Positions 7,271 through 15,770 of a stretch of DNA of 64,000 nucleotides are shown piece by piece; within the stretch, counting starts at the first letter, position 1, and every line of letters begins with the position of its first letter. Origin of the DNA: a virus; IMG/VR virus record IMGVR_UViG_3300009503_000002; one strand, 5' to 3'. Position numbers and translations under genes: made by a program. Below the pieces are notes generated by a model. That model did no database searches. It was given only the letters and a program-made list of their open reading frames with translations, and was not told the DNA's origin.

Positions 7271-7404
7271 TGCGTGACGATATGTTAGCGGGACTGATGC
7301 CGTTTGTTGGGTTTTTAGGGCTCATTATCTTTTTACTCATCCTGGTTGCAGCGGGTTGGTTGCAACCGGACTTAGGCTGGGTCTATCACTTACTTGGGAG
7401 GTAA
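7270..7404 (+). CDS. 44-aa single-pass membrane peptide
   Basis: ATG overlaps the preceding TGA. Hydrophobic core FVGFLGLIIFLLILVAAGW. Too short for the ORF track. Confidence 0.4.
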   Translation: MRDDMLAGLMPFVGFLGLIIFLLILVAAGWLQPDLGWVYHLLGR

Positions 7405-7407
7405 AAA

Positions 7408-8535
7408 ATGGAGCGCACTGTGGTTGTAAAACAGGCTATCGCCATAGCAGTGCAGGCCGATGTGCCGGTATTGCTATGGGGTGGGGTCGGCGAGGGAAAG
7501 TCCTCGTTTGCACGGCAATTGGCCGCGCAGTTAGGTTGGGGGATTGTTACGGTTGTCGGGCAACTGCGGCAACCGACAGACTTCCTCGGTATTCCTTTTC
7601 CTCAGGAGCTTCCTGGTGGCCGGCTTGGCACGGTATATGCCGTGCCGGACATTGTGCTGGAGTTGGAGCGGATTGCGGAGGCCGGCCAAGTCCCTCTACT
7701 GTTCCTAGATGAGATAACCTTCCAGGATGAGTTGTTGCAAGCCGCGATGTTTCGCCTTGTCCTGGAGCGGGTGGCCGGCAATTACCCGCTTCCAGCGGGG
7801 ACGCGTGTATTGGCCGCCGCGAACCCGCCAGGGGTTGGTGGGTCACGCGCGTTGTCGCCGCAATTGGCTAACCGGTTCTGCCACGTTGAGTGGCAATCGT
7901 CGGCTAGCGATTATATCAAGGCATTGCGGACGGGGCAATGGGAATTCCGGTTGCGTCTGTTGCCGGATGATTGGAAGGCGCGTATTCCGGAGGCCGCTGG
8001 CAAGATGGCGGACTTCCTGGAAGCGCAACCGGCGGAGGGCGCTGGGATAGGCGCGTACAAGCCGGAGGAGGGGTGCTGGGCGTTTCCGACTCCTCGGACG
8101 CGCGATATGGCGGTGCGCTTGCTCGCGGCTTGCGAGGCAGCGGGCGCGCCGTTAGCGGTACGCGATGTATTAGGCGAGGGTTGCGTAGGTGCGCATGAGT
8201 GGCAGCGTTTTGCGCAATTTTTGCGTCAACGAGGCCATAAGCCGCAAGATTACCTAAGCGGCAAGGCGCAATTGCCCCAAGATAGCCTATTGTTGCCGGA
8301 TGTCCTAAGTCGCATTGAGGCGCATGTGCGGGACAATCCGGAGAAAGATGTTTTTTTGGCGGCCTTGCGTCTGATTTCGCAGTTAGTGGAACATCCTGAC
8401 CTGGCCGTGCCGTTTGTGCGCAATGTTCGTGACGCCATACCTGACCAAGCGGCAATCGCGGCTTGGTTACGGGACGCGCCGGATGTTGCTGATTTGATTC
8501 GGCAGTTACTGCAGCGGACGGCGGGAGGTGACTAA
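7408..8535 (+). CDS. MoxR-like AAA+ ATPase (AAA_5/CbbQ-NorQ type)
   Basis: Walker A GGVGEGKS, Walker B LLFLDEITF, single AAA module with a helical C-terminal region. RBS GGGAGG. Confidence 0.85.
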   Translation: MERTVVVKQAIAIAVQADVPVLLWGGVGEGKSSFARQLAAQLGWGIVTVVGQLRQPTDFLGIPFPQELPGGRLGTVYAVPDIVLELERIAEAGQVPLLFLDEITFQDELLQAAMFRLVLERVAGNYPLPAGTRVLAAANPPGVGGSRALSPQLANRFCHVEWQSSASDYIKALRTGQWEFRLRLLPDDWKARIPEAAGKMADFLEAQPAEGAGIGAYKPEEGCWAFPTPRTRDMAVRLLAACEAAGAPLAVRDVLGEGCVGAHEWQRFAQFLRQRGHKPQDYLSGKAQLPQDSLLLPDVLSRIEAHVRDNPEKDVFLAALRLISQLVEHPDLAVPFVRNVRDAIPDQAAIAAWLRDAPDVADLIRQLLQRTAGGD

Positions 8536-9731
8536 TGGACGAGGCAATGGTAAAACTTCGGCAGGCAAAGGCCGTATTGCTTCGGACGGGCAATGCGGCC
8601 TGGTTGGAAAGATTGCTTGTGCCTGCTCCGCTGATTGAGAGCGACGCTTGCCCAACGCTGAGTGTGGATATGCATGGGCGGGTGTATTTCAATCGGGAGT
8701 ATGTGTTAGAGCGGAGTATGGGCGAATTAGTGGCCATTCTGTGCCACGAGATGGAGCACCTAAGGAGGCTACACTTTGCGCGTGCGCCATATGGCGCGCA
8801 AAGTGACGGCGGCGTTTTCCAGCGCTGGAACGTATGCGCTGATGCAGAGATAAACGATGATTTGGAGTTGTGGTTTCGGTACAGTCCGGACATTACGTTG
8901 CCAGCAGGCCGGATAACGCCACAAGGGTTAGGGCTTGCACCTGGCCTAACGGCGGAGGAGTATTTTAGACAATTGCCGGCGGGACAGACGCTGCCGGACT
9001 GTGGGACAGGTGGCTCGGCGAGTGACGGGGTGCAACGGGCTTGGGAGTTAGGCGCGCCGGATGAGGAGCACCCTGGCCTAACAGAGCGGGAGATTCGGGA
9101 AGTGGTCAAGGAAGCCGCTTCCAAAGTGCCTCCTGGGCGTCGAAGCGCGCAAGGCGCTGGCCGTGAAAGCCGCAGCGAGTTACGGCAATTTGGGGACGTT
9201 GACGACGCACGTTGGGTGCAATTGGTGGTAACAGAATTGCGCCGTGAGTTGCGGCTAGGGACAAGTAGGTATGACATGATGCGGCCCAACCGGCGCTTGA
9301 TGGGTGTTACGCGTGCTGTTTTGCCGGAGGTGGTACGGGACAGACGGCGCGCGTTGGTAATTGTTTTAGATGTTTCGGGCTCGATGTCTGAAAGCGAGCT
9401 CGCCATTGCCGAATCTATCGCAAAGCAAGCCGTAAACGATTATCGGGACGTTTGGTTTGTGGCTTGCGATGCGGATGTGAAAGCGAGCGTGAAAGTTACG
9501 CGGGGCGCTGATATTCGGCAATGGGCGATTGGCGGGGGTGGGACTAACCTAAACCCTGGCCTGGTGGAAGCGGTACGTTACCAACCTGATGTGGTATTGC
9601 TGATAACGGACGGCGATGTGGGTAAGCCGTATATCGAGAGCAATCCTGGCACGTATGACCTGATAGCGGTATTGACCAAGCCTGGTAGGGGGACTGCTCC
9701 CGATTGGGCAAAGCGCGTGATAAGGAGGTAA
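8535..9731 (+). CDS. zincin-like metallopeptidase domain fused to a von Willebrand A domain (DUF2201-type partner of MoxR ATPases)
   Basis: HEMEH (HExxH) in the N-terminal half. VIVLDVSGSMSE (MIDAS DxSxS) in the C-terminal half. Start overlaps the ATPase stop (TAATG). Confidence 0.85.
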   Translation: MDEAMVKLRQAKAVLLRTGNAAWLERLLVPAPLIESDACPTLSVDMHGRVYFNREYVLERSMGELVAILCHEMEHLRRLHFARAPYGAQSDGGVFQRWNVCADAEINDDLELWFRYSPDITLPAGRITPQGLGLAPGLTAEEYFRQLPAGQTLPDCGTGGSASDGVQRAWELGAPDEEHPGLTEREIREVVKEAASKVPPGRRSAQGAGRESRSELRQFGDVDDARWVQLVVTELRRELRLGTSRYDMMRPNRRLMGVTRAVLPEVVRDRRRALVIVLDVSGSMSESELAIAESIAKQAVNDYRDVWFVACDADVKASVKVTRGADIRQWAIGGGGTNLNPGLVEAVRYQPDVVLLITDGDVGKPYIESNPGTYDLIAVLTKPGRGTAPDWAKRVIRR

Positions 9732-9734
9732 AAC

Positions 9735-10358
9735 GTGAACAGATGGTGTGAGAGTTGCAAGATTGATAACTTCCTGGAATGCCCATTACTTTTGCTAGCG
9801 TCAAACAGTCCGGCGACTGTTTTATATACGCTCAATGACCGGTTGTGGGTTGAGCGGTTGGGTGATGATTGCCCACGCGGGCTTTGGCCAAGTAGAGAGT
9901 GGCGCACTGACTATCTCACAACGGTAGCGGTATCTATTGTGCTGCCATTATTGCAACCATGCCCCGATTGCCCCTTACCTGACAATTACGAATCGTTCTA
10001 TCAATCACGGGTAATGGCGATGTTGGACTTAGTGCGGGTGCATAAGTCTCCTGAGAGCATTGCGTTTGTGGGGTACTACGACCATGCGCTACAGATTACG
10101 GACTCGCTGGAATGGACGCCATATCATACTTGGGACAGTAAGCGGGTGTTTTGGCAATTGCACGGTGACCTGTGGCTTACGCCGGTTTGCATACCTGATT
10201 ATGCGCGCCGAATTCAGGTCAATGTTGACGCACGTGATGGAAGGGGTTGGGTTGAAGGTATAAAGTGGCAGTTTCGTGACCATGACCTACTGTGTGACTT
10301 GGTTATCGCGCGGGCGTATAGGAAGTTGCCGGACGAAGGTGTGATTTGGATGGTGTGA
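9735..10358 (+). CDS. Cys-rich paralog 1 of 5 (N-terminal CxxC..C, central CPxC)
   Basis: GTG start after AAGGAGG. Contains WCESCKIDNFLECP and QPCPDCP. Confidence 0.65.
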   Translation: MNRWCESCKIDNFLECPLLLLASNSPATVLYTLNDRLWVERLGDDCPRGLWPSREWRTDYLTTVAVSIVLPLLQPCPDCPLPDNYESFYQSRVMAMLDLVRVHKSPESIAFVGYYDHALQITDSLEWTPYHTWDSKRVFWQLHGDLWLTPVCIPDYARRIQVNVDARDGRGWVEGIKWQFRDHDLLCDLVIARAYRKLPDEGVIWMV

Positions 10359-10359
10359 G

Positions 10360-10995
10360 ATGGACGATTTATTTGACTTGCTAGATGATGGGTTTGGCAA
10401 CGAGGCACTGTGCGAGGGGTGTAAGGCAACGAGTCCTCTTGATTGTGCGCGGCTTGTGCTTTCACAACCGGTTGACCATTTGTGGAAGGAGATATACGCT
10501 GTTGACGATTATCTCAACAGTTTCACCCTGCGCCGCTGTGACGTGATGCGGGAGACGTGCAAAGTGCGGGTTGGCGATATTTTATGTCGTTTACGGCCTT
10601 GTCCGGATTGTTCCGTCTCGGATGGTGTTTCGGCTTTCCGGATTTCAGAGTTGCAGGCGCTGTTGGAGTTTTCGCGCTGGCAGAAAGGAGCGGCAAAGCC
10701 TGGCTTCCTTGACCATATGCTTGAGGTAACAGTGTCTATCAATTGGGATATAACTAACCTTTCGTTTTGGTATGTCAACATAAAGATAGAGTATAGGGTT
10801 TGCTGTAATGGGCGCACAAAGGAGGAAGGGCACACACTGGCAGGCCGGACAGGTATAGATGGGTTTCCGATTAGCCGCATTCAGAGGTATATGCAAAGTT
10901 TTCCGCAATTTCCTGGAAAACAGCGCTTCGTTGATATGGTAGTAGCGAAAGCAGAGGAGACGATTCCACCTGAGTTGTTGATACTATCTATTTAG
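10360..10995 (+). CDS. Cys-rich paralog 2 of 5
   Basis: Starts 1 nt after the previous stop. Contains LCEGCKATSPLDC and RPCPDCS. Confidence 0.65.
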   Translation: MDDLFDLLDDGFGNEALCEGCKATSPLDCARLVLSQPVDHLWKEIYAVDDYLNSFTLRRCDVMRETCKVRVGDILCRLRPCPDCSVSDGVSAFRISELQALLEFSRWQKGAAKPGFLDHMLEVTVSINWDITNLSFWYVNIKIEYRVCCNGRTKEEGHTLAGRTGIDGFPISRIQRYMQSFPQFPGKQRFVDMVVAKAEETIPPELLILSI

Positions 10996-11005
10996 GAGGT
11001 GTAAG

Positions 11006-11611
11006 ATGGCAATCTGTGATGGATGCAAAGCCGAGGAGGCGTTTGACTGTTCACTTTTGCAATTGGAGTCGAAGGGAACGTATCATCTGTCGGATATGAT
11101 TACATGTCGGGTCAACCGGCGCTGTCCCAAAGGTATTTTTCCGTCTGGGGTGCGTAAACTTGAGTTTCCGGCGCAGGCACTGATAAAAAGATTGCAACCG
11201 TGCCCTGTTTGCGGCGATATGGTGGCGGACAACCTAACGGAGTTTAGGTTGTCAACATTACAGATAGGGCTTGAGACGGCTAGGGCGCTGCCATTGCGCC
11301 TAGACCGCCATACGCCAGGGGTATTTGACCATGTGCTGATTGCGCAATCGTGCTTGCAATGGAGGCCGATTGGCTTACATGGCGGGCGGATGACAGCGTA
11401 TGTGTTGGATGGCTATATTCGGCTATGGCCGTTCTGCAGGGCGGACGTCCAAGTTCGCGTTGGCTTTTGGCTTACGTTTCAGGAGGGTTGGGAGAGGATA
11501 ATCAGGAAAGTGTACGACCATGCGCCGGCCTTCGCTGGGTTAGCGGTTCGGTTTGCCAAACAAGCGATGCAAGATATAGGCGATGCGGCAGTCCTGATTT
11601 ATGCGCTATAG
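11006..11611 (+). CDS. Cys-rich paralog 3 of 5
   Basis: The preceding TAG is embedded in TAGGAGG. Contains ICDGCKAEEAFDC and QPCPVCG. Confidence 0.65.
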   Translation: MAICDGCKAEEAFDCSLLQLESKGTYHLSDMITCRVNRRCPKGIFPSGVRKLEFPAQALIKRLQPCPVCGDMVADNLTEFRLSTLQIGLETARALPLRLDRHTPGVFDHVLIAQSCLQWRPIGLHGGRMTAYVLDGYIRLWPFCRADVQVRVGFWLTFQEGWERIIRKVYDHAPAFAGLAVRFAKQAMQDIGDAAVLIYAL

Positions 11612-11620
11612 GAGGCAAGT

Positions 11621-12121
11621 GTGTACTGTACAGTATGCTCAAAGCGCTGTCCTAGACCGACAGAGTTAGAGATAGGGGGCTTTTACAAGCAAGGCGCGAT
11701 GATTGCTTTCGGGTCATGTTGTTATGTTATCAAGCGCCGCTTGGTTCGGTGGGAGTATTTGACTGGCCTGTTTGTGAGGTGCGGGGCTTGCTTGGAGGCC
11801 GCTCAGAGGCCGCGCCTTTCGGCCTGGTTTGAGGATGCCCCGTTTAGGCCGCTGATTGATACGATTTATGGGCCGCGACAACGGGGTTATCTTTCCCACC
11901 GTTTTGAGTTTGAGATTCTTGAGAAAAGGCATGGGGCTTATTATTTATCGGCCAGACAGGTATGTACAGGCCGCACCTGGGAGTACATGTTTGGAGTGTC
12001 TGAGCCGCGACCGTTGGAGGTAGAGCGATTGCTGTTGGCCTATGACTGTCCTGAGTGGCTTGCTGAGGGGCTTGTCAAGCGATATTTTGACAGCGGAGAG
12101 CGTTTGATATGGCTTATCTAG
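11621..12121 (+). CDS. Cys-rich paralog 4 of 5
   Basis: GTG start after TAGGAGG. Contains YCTVCSKRCP and RCGACL. GYLSHRFEFEIL is shared with paralog 5. Confidence 0.6.
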   Translation: MYCTVCSKRCPRPTELEIGGFYKQGAMIAFGSCCYVIKRRLVRWEYLTGLFVRCGACLEAAQRPRLSAWFEDAPFRPLIDTIYGPRQRGYLSHRFEFEILEKRHGAYYLSARQVCTGRTWEYMFGVSEPRPLEVERLLLAYDCPEWLAEGLVKRYFDSGERLIWLI

Positions 12122-12130
12122 GAGGTTTCG

Positions 12131-12685
12131 ATGCGAAAAGAGTGTAAGGGGTGCAAGGATTTGCAATGTCCTGGCCTGCTATTGTTTTATGAGGCTAAGC
12201 AGTTGGAGAGCGGGTTAGTTGAGTGTACAGGCAACCTGTTTGTTGCCCCTAGCAATCGCTGTGCGTTGTTCAGCAAGGACGTCCTTAGACTTCCAGATGT
12301 TATGGCCAGGATTGAGCGGTGTCCCGATTGTGAACAGGCGATTGAGGCCGGCGATTTTTGGTGGGACGAAGCACCGTTTCCGACGTATATGGTGCAGATT
12401 CTCCAGCGTCCTGGTTGCCGTGGGTTTTATTCACACAGGTTTCAGATTTTGGTGGGCTGCTCAAGGGCTGAGTTTGACGGGCCAAATGGTCAGAGGATAA
12501 GTTGTGTGTTGCTTGAGGTGGTGTTCAGGCGGGTGTGCGATAGGCAGACAAAGGGTAGCCGGTTTGAGGTTTTACGGCTCGCTGAGCTGCCGCCGTTGCT
12601 CAAGCGGGAGTTTCCAGGGCCGCTGTACGAGTTGATATGTCAGAGGTGTTTAGACCGGCCTGAGTTGGCTATTGCGATGATTTAG
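12131..12685 (+). CDS. Cys-rich paralog 5 of 5
   Basis: Follows TAGGAGG. Contains ECKGCKDLQCP, RCPDCE and GFYSHRFQILV. Confidence 0.65.
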   Translation: MRKECKGCKDLQCPGLLLFYEAKQLESGLVECTGNLFVAPSNRCALFSKDVLRLPDVMARIERCPDCEQAIEAGDFWWDEAPFPTYMVQILQRPGCRGFYSHRFQILVGCSRAEFDGPNGQRISCVLLEVVFRRVCDRQTKGSRFEVLRLAELPPLLKREFPGPLYELICQRCLDRPELAIAMI

Positions 12686-12694
12686 GAGGCTAAG

Positions 12695-13558
12695 ATGGTA
12701 ATCGAACAGAGCGATGGGCGTTTCACAGTGATAGATGAGAGTGACCAAGAGGTGATTGTGTCTGACCTTAGGCTTGAGACGGGCGCTAGGCTCCTTGATA
12801 CGCTGGTGAATGCCCCGATTAGCGATTTGTACAGGCCGCGCGGCGAAGTGCGCAAGCGCCTGGTTGACTTGATAGTCCAGGAGCCGGTTGGGGTAGCCTG
12901 TACTAACTGGTTGGTCAGGGATGCGGTTTGTGAGGCCGGCCGTACACTTTTCACCTGTCCCTTTGTGGAGTTTAGGACGACTAGCACTGACCTTCTAACT
13001 GGGTCTGGAGTGAAGCTTGACCTCATCGGTGGCTGGGGCAAGTGTGTTACCGCCACCATTAGGGAAGACGTGCCTTGTATCAAGCGTAGCGTGCCATGTA
13101 ACACAATCCACAAGGGGTGGATACTGCCGCGCTCGCTTATCACCGTTCTGCTGAGCAGAACAGTTGCATGTCCAGCCTGTGCGCGGGCCACGAAGGGCTT
13201 TGAGCTCACGCCGCTTTTCCTAAAGGAGATTTTTGCAACACATTTTGCGTTTCCTTCGGGATTTCTCTCCGCGCCAGACCCTGAGCAGGCCAAGCAACTG
13301 GTTCTGGCGGTTCGGCACAAGATGCGGTTTACTCGTATTCGCATGATGGAAGCAGGCGGGCAACAACATATAGTGGGCAGGCTTACGCCGGCCTGTGGGC
13401 GTAAGTTGCCGGTCGGGAAGCCAATTCCCGTGGGCTGTCCAGGGCCAGGTGATTACTCCTACTACTGGGCAGCGGTAAGCCTACAACACTTGGAGAACAT
13501 ATCTCCTCTCGAAAAGGTTCTGCTGGATGAGGCTGGGCTTGGGATATTTATGGTGTAA
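12695..13558 (+). CDS. hypothetical protein, possibly a divergent sixth member of the array
   Basis: Has the same TAGGAGG junction and contains CPAC. Otherwise not clearly alignable by eye. Confidence 0.55.
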   Translation: MVIEQSDGRFTVIDESDQEVIVSDLRLETGARLLDTLVNAPISDLYRPRGEVRKRLVDLIVQEPVGVACTNWLVRDAVCEAGRTLFTCPFVEFRTTSTDLLTGSGVKLDLIGGWGKCVTATIREDVPCIKRSVPCNTIHKGWILPRSLITVLLSRTVACPACARATKGFELTPLFLKEIFATHFAFPSGFLSAPDPEQAKQLVLAVRHKMRFTRIRMMEAGGQQHIVGRLTPACGRKLPVGKPIPVGCPGPGDYSYYWAAVSLQHLENISPLEKVLLDEAGLGIFMV

Positions 13559-13577
13559 GGGCTGCGGTAGATATGTT

Positions 13578-14171
13578 TTACATTCCGCTTGATATGGGTT
13601 CGGCCAGGCTGCTCGCTGCGATTGCTCTGGTAGTGGATGCGGGCAAGAGTTTTCGCACCGCTTCCCTCAGGTCAGCCGCGAACGCTTCCCGCTTGTTGTC
13701 GGGCACATACTGGGCCGCGACCTGCCCGACTGCCTGTAGCACTAGACCTACTACTCCAACGTGGATGTACATATGCTTGGATGTCTCCAAGTCTTGTAGT
13801 CGCGTTGCCAGCTCCCCGATTGATTTTGCGAGGGTGGTGAGGTCGCGGTTCTCACCTTCCAGTGCCATCTCGAAAAAGCGCGAGCGAAGCACCGCCAGTT
13901 CGTATCGAAGGTTCATGAGCTCCTCATCATTCTGGAGCATGCGCATCACTAAGGCCCGTAACTGTGGGTCGAGCAAGTATATGAGGGGTGGGTATCTGCT
14001 TTCGCCGGCCAACACCTTCCCCTCGTGGAATTTGCAAGGGCCTACTCCTGGATGTTTCGTGCCCCAACCGGCGGGCTTGAGACATGGCTTTCCTACAAGG
14101 TTTTTGGCGCCACAGCGGGGCATGAAATCCCGTCTGAACCTAGTCTTTTCCCCTACGTCTTCCATTGCCAT
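13578..14171 (-). CDS. hypothetical protein with an N-terminal Cys/His cluster
   Basis: PRCGAKNLVGKPCLKPAGWGTKHPGVGPCKFHEG followed by a coiled-coil. Composition is far more protein-like than the overlapping + strand ORF 13573-14247. One of only two minus-strand genes. Confidence 0.55.
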   Translation of the reverse strand: MAMEDVGEKTRFRRDFMPRCGAKNLVGKPCLKPAGWGTKHPGVGPCKFHEGKVLAGESRYPPLIYLLDPQLRALVMRMLQNDEELMNLRYELAVLRSRFFEMALEGENRDLTTLAKSIGELATRLQDLETSKHMYIHVGVVGLVLQAVGQVAAQYVPDNKREAFAADLREAVRKLLPASTTRAIAASSLAEPISSGM

Positions 14172-14243
14172 CCCTAGTTTATCCCTCTACTATCCCGTGA
14201 TGATACCCTACATTACCCATTTCGTCAAGTTTGGGGAGGTAAT

Positions 14244-14780
14244 ATGAGGATTTATGTTCAGCGAGAGTTGCATATGGTGAGGGCTGGCATACGGGAGATG
14301 TTGCCGGAGCACAAGGTTGTGGATACGCCAGGACAGGCAGACGTGTTGGTGTTATCGGCTGAGGCTTATGTGCCACAGGAGAAGCCGACGCTTCTCTTTT
14401 GTGCTGGCAAGTTTCCGGCCTTGGTTGGCGCTGAAGTATGTGGAATTATCCAACCCACGACGACGGCTGAGGAACTTCGCTGTATGCTCAAGGGGAAGCT
14501 GGACCCAGCGCTTGCTCTGGCGAAGTCGCTGTCCGCTAGGATTGCGATGTTATGTAAAGTACAGGAATTGCTCACGCCGTCCGAAGTGGCGGTGCTGCGT
14601 GGCTTAGCAGGCGGGCTGTCCCTGAAGGAAATATCTGAGAAGTGCTATCTTTCGTACCAGACTGTTCGGCATGCGGTATCAACTGCCTGCCGCAAGTTAG
14701 GCTGTGCAAACTCAAACCAGCTTATCATCATTGCCGCGTCTGTTTTCCCTAGCGAGGCTTTTAATAAGGAGGGGTTGTGA
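14244..14780 (+). CDS. LuxR/GerE-family transcription regulator
   Basis: C-terminal LTPSEVAVLRGLAGGLSLKEISEKCYLSYQTVRHAVSTACRKLG is a typical LuxR HTH. The N-terminal part is receiver-like but short. RBS GGGGAGG. Confidence 0.75.
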   Translation: MRIYVQRELHMVRAGIREMLPEHKVVDTPGQADVLVLSAEAYVPQEKPTLLFCAGKFPALVGAEVCGIIQPTTTAEELRCMLKGKLDPALALAKSLSARIAMLCKVQELLTPSEVAVLRGLAGGLSLKEISEKCYLSYQTVRHAVSTACRKLGCANSNQLIIIAASVFPSEAFNKEGL

Positions 14781-15553
14781 GTTCTCAAGCCATTGTGAAC
14801 CAGAAAGCAGTTCTAGATGCTTTGCGGGTATTACTGCCGCAGCGAATCCCCGTGTTGCTTGTGGGCCCGCCAGGGACAGGGAAGACTTTGATTGGGCTGT
14901 ATGCTCTCTCGTGGGAAGGTGGCAGGGTGTTACGGGTTGACTGCGGCCAGACTACTCAGCTCAGTCCACACCATCTCTTTGGAAAGGCCGGCATACTCCT
15001 AGATGAGATTCACTGCCTCAAGACGCCAGAAGCTATCTACCCACTTCTGACAGAGAACAAGGTTACCATAATCGGAACAACGACAGATGAGGGCCTGTTA
15101 CCCGAAGCGCTTCGCTCCCGTTTTTTCACCCTCTGCATGCAACCATATACCCTTCAAGACCTCACTACGATTGCGATGAGTTATGGGCTAGACCGAACGA
15201 CTGCCGGCCTGGTTGCAGAGGCCAGCCGTGGGATTCCCCGTCGTGTGGTTCAGTTTGCCGTGCTTTTACGGTTCACCGTTCCTCACACCCGCGATACATT
15301 CTACAAGACACTGGCGAAGTTTGGCTGGCCGTTAGGCCTCAGCTACCGCGAGCTCACCTACTTGCGAACCGTTGCACGGAAGCCTACTTCCCTCTCCACC
15401 CTCTGTGGCATCCTCCAGGCCGGCCCGGAAACAGTTCGTTCCACTGAGGCGTTCCTCATCTCCGCCGGCCTCGTCGAAATCACCTCCCGTGGCCGCTCCA
15501 TCACACCCACTGGCCTCGCCATCCTCCAAGAGGCTGAACAAGTCACATCCTGA
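14777..15553 (+). CDS. RuvB-like AAA+ ATPase (short form)
   Basis: GPPGTGKT, ILLDEIH and an RSRF arginine finger. The C-terminal EAFLISAGLVEITSRGRSITPTGL matches RuvB domain III. GTGA overlap with the previous gene. Confidence 0.8.
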   Translation: MSSQAIVNQKAVLDALRVLLPQRIPVLLVGPPGTGKTLIGLYALSWEGGRVLRVDCGQTTQLSPHHLFGKAGILLDEIHCLKTPEAIYPLLTENKVTIIGTTTDEGLLPEALRSRFFTLCMQPYTLQDLTTIAMSYGLDRTTAGLVAEASRGIPRRVVQFAVLLRFTVPHTRDTFYKTLAKFGWPLGLSYRELTYLRTVARKPTSLSTLCGILQAGPETVRSTEAFLISAGLVEITSRGRSITPTGLAILQEAEQVTS

Positions 15554-15675
15554 GTATCGAGTGGAGTATCCATTTCGGCAACAGAATTCTCTTTGTCTCT
15601 TTTTGTTCTTGTGTTTGTCCTGCCAGGGTCTTTTTTGCTTTGCCTCAGTTCTTTCTCCCTACCTTGCATCCTAAC

Positions 15676-15704
15676 TTGACAAGCTCTGAGGATTGTGGTA
15701 CAAT
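15676..15704 (+). promoter_or_regulatory. strong sigma70-type promoter with extended -10
   Basis: TTGACA (15676-15681), 17 nt, TGgTACAAT (-10 hexamer 15699-15704). Confidence 0.55.
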
Positions 15705-15710
15705 GATTGT

Positions 15711-15770
15711 GGACAAGAGGATAAGTTGGTATATTTGTCTTTGCCCCGCCTGCCGCGGGGCTTTTGTTTT
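15711..15770 (+). ncRNA. candidate ~60-nt small RNA
   Basis: Bounded by the promoter above and the terminator at 15743-15770, with no RBS. The only ORF through it (15640-15876) runs across the terminator hairpin. Confidence 0.4.
15743..15770 (+). terminator. rho-independent terminator
   Basis: GCCCCGC-CTGCC-GCGGGGC followed by TTTTGTTTT. Confidence 0.6.

Noticed and set aside
7916-9406. 496-aa minus-strand ORF antisense to the AAA+ ATPase and VWA genes
   Set aside because: Its composition is Arg/Ser/Pro/Ala-rich and low in complexity, as expected from reading a GC-rich coding region backwards. It has no RBS, and it fully overlaps two + strand genes with clear catalytic motifs.
12682-13344. 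220-aa minus-strand ORF opposite 12695-13558
   Set aside because: It has Ser/Arg/Thr-rich shadow composition. The + strand gene has the same TAGGAGG-coupled start as its upstream neighbours.
13573-14247. 224-aa + strand ORF overlapping the minus-strand gene 13578-14171
   Set aside because: The + strand translation is Ser/Arg/Ala-rich with no motif. The minus-strand translation has a Cys/His cluster, a coiled-coil and ordinary composition. This call is not certain and needs expression data.
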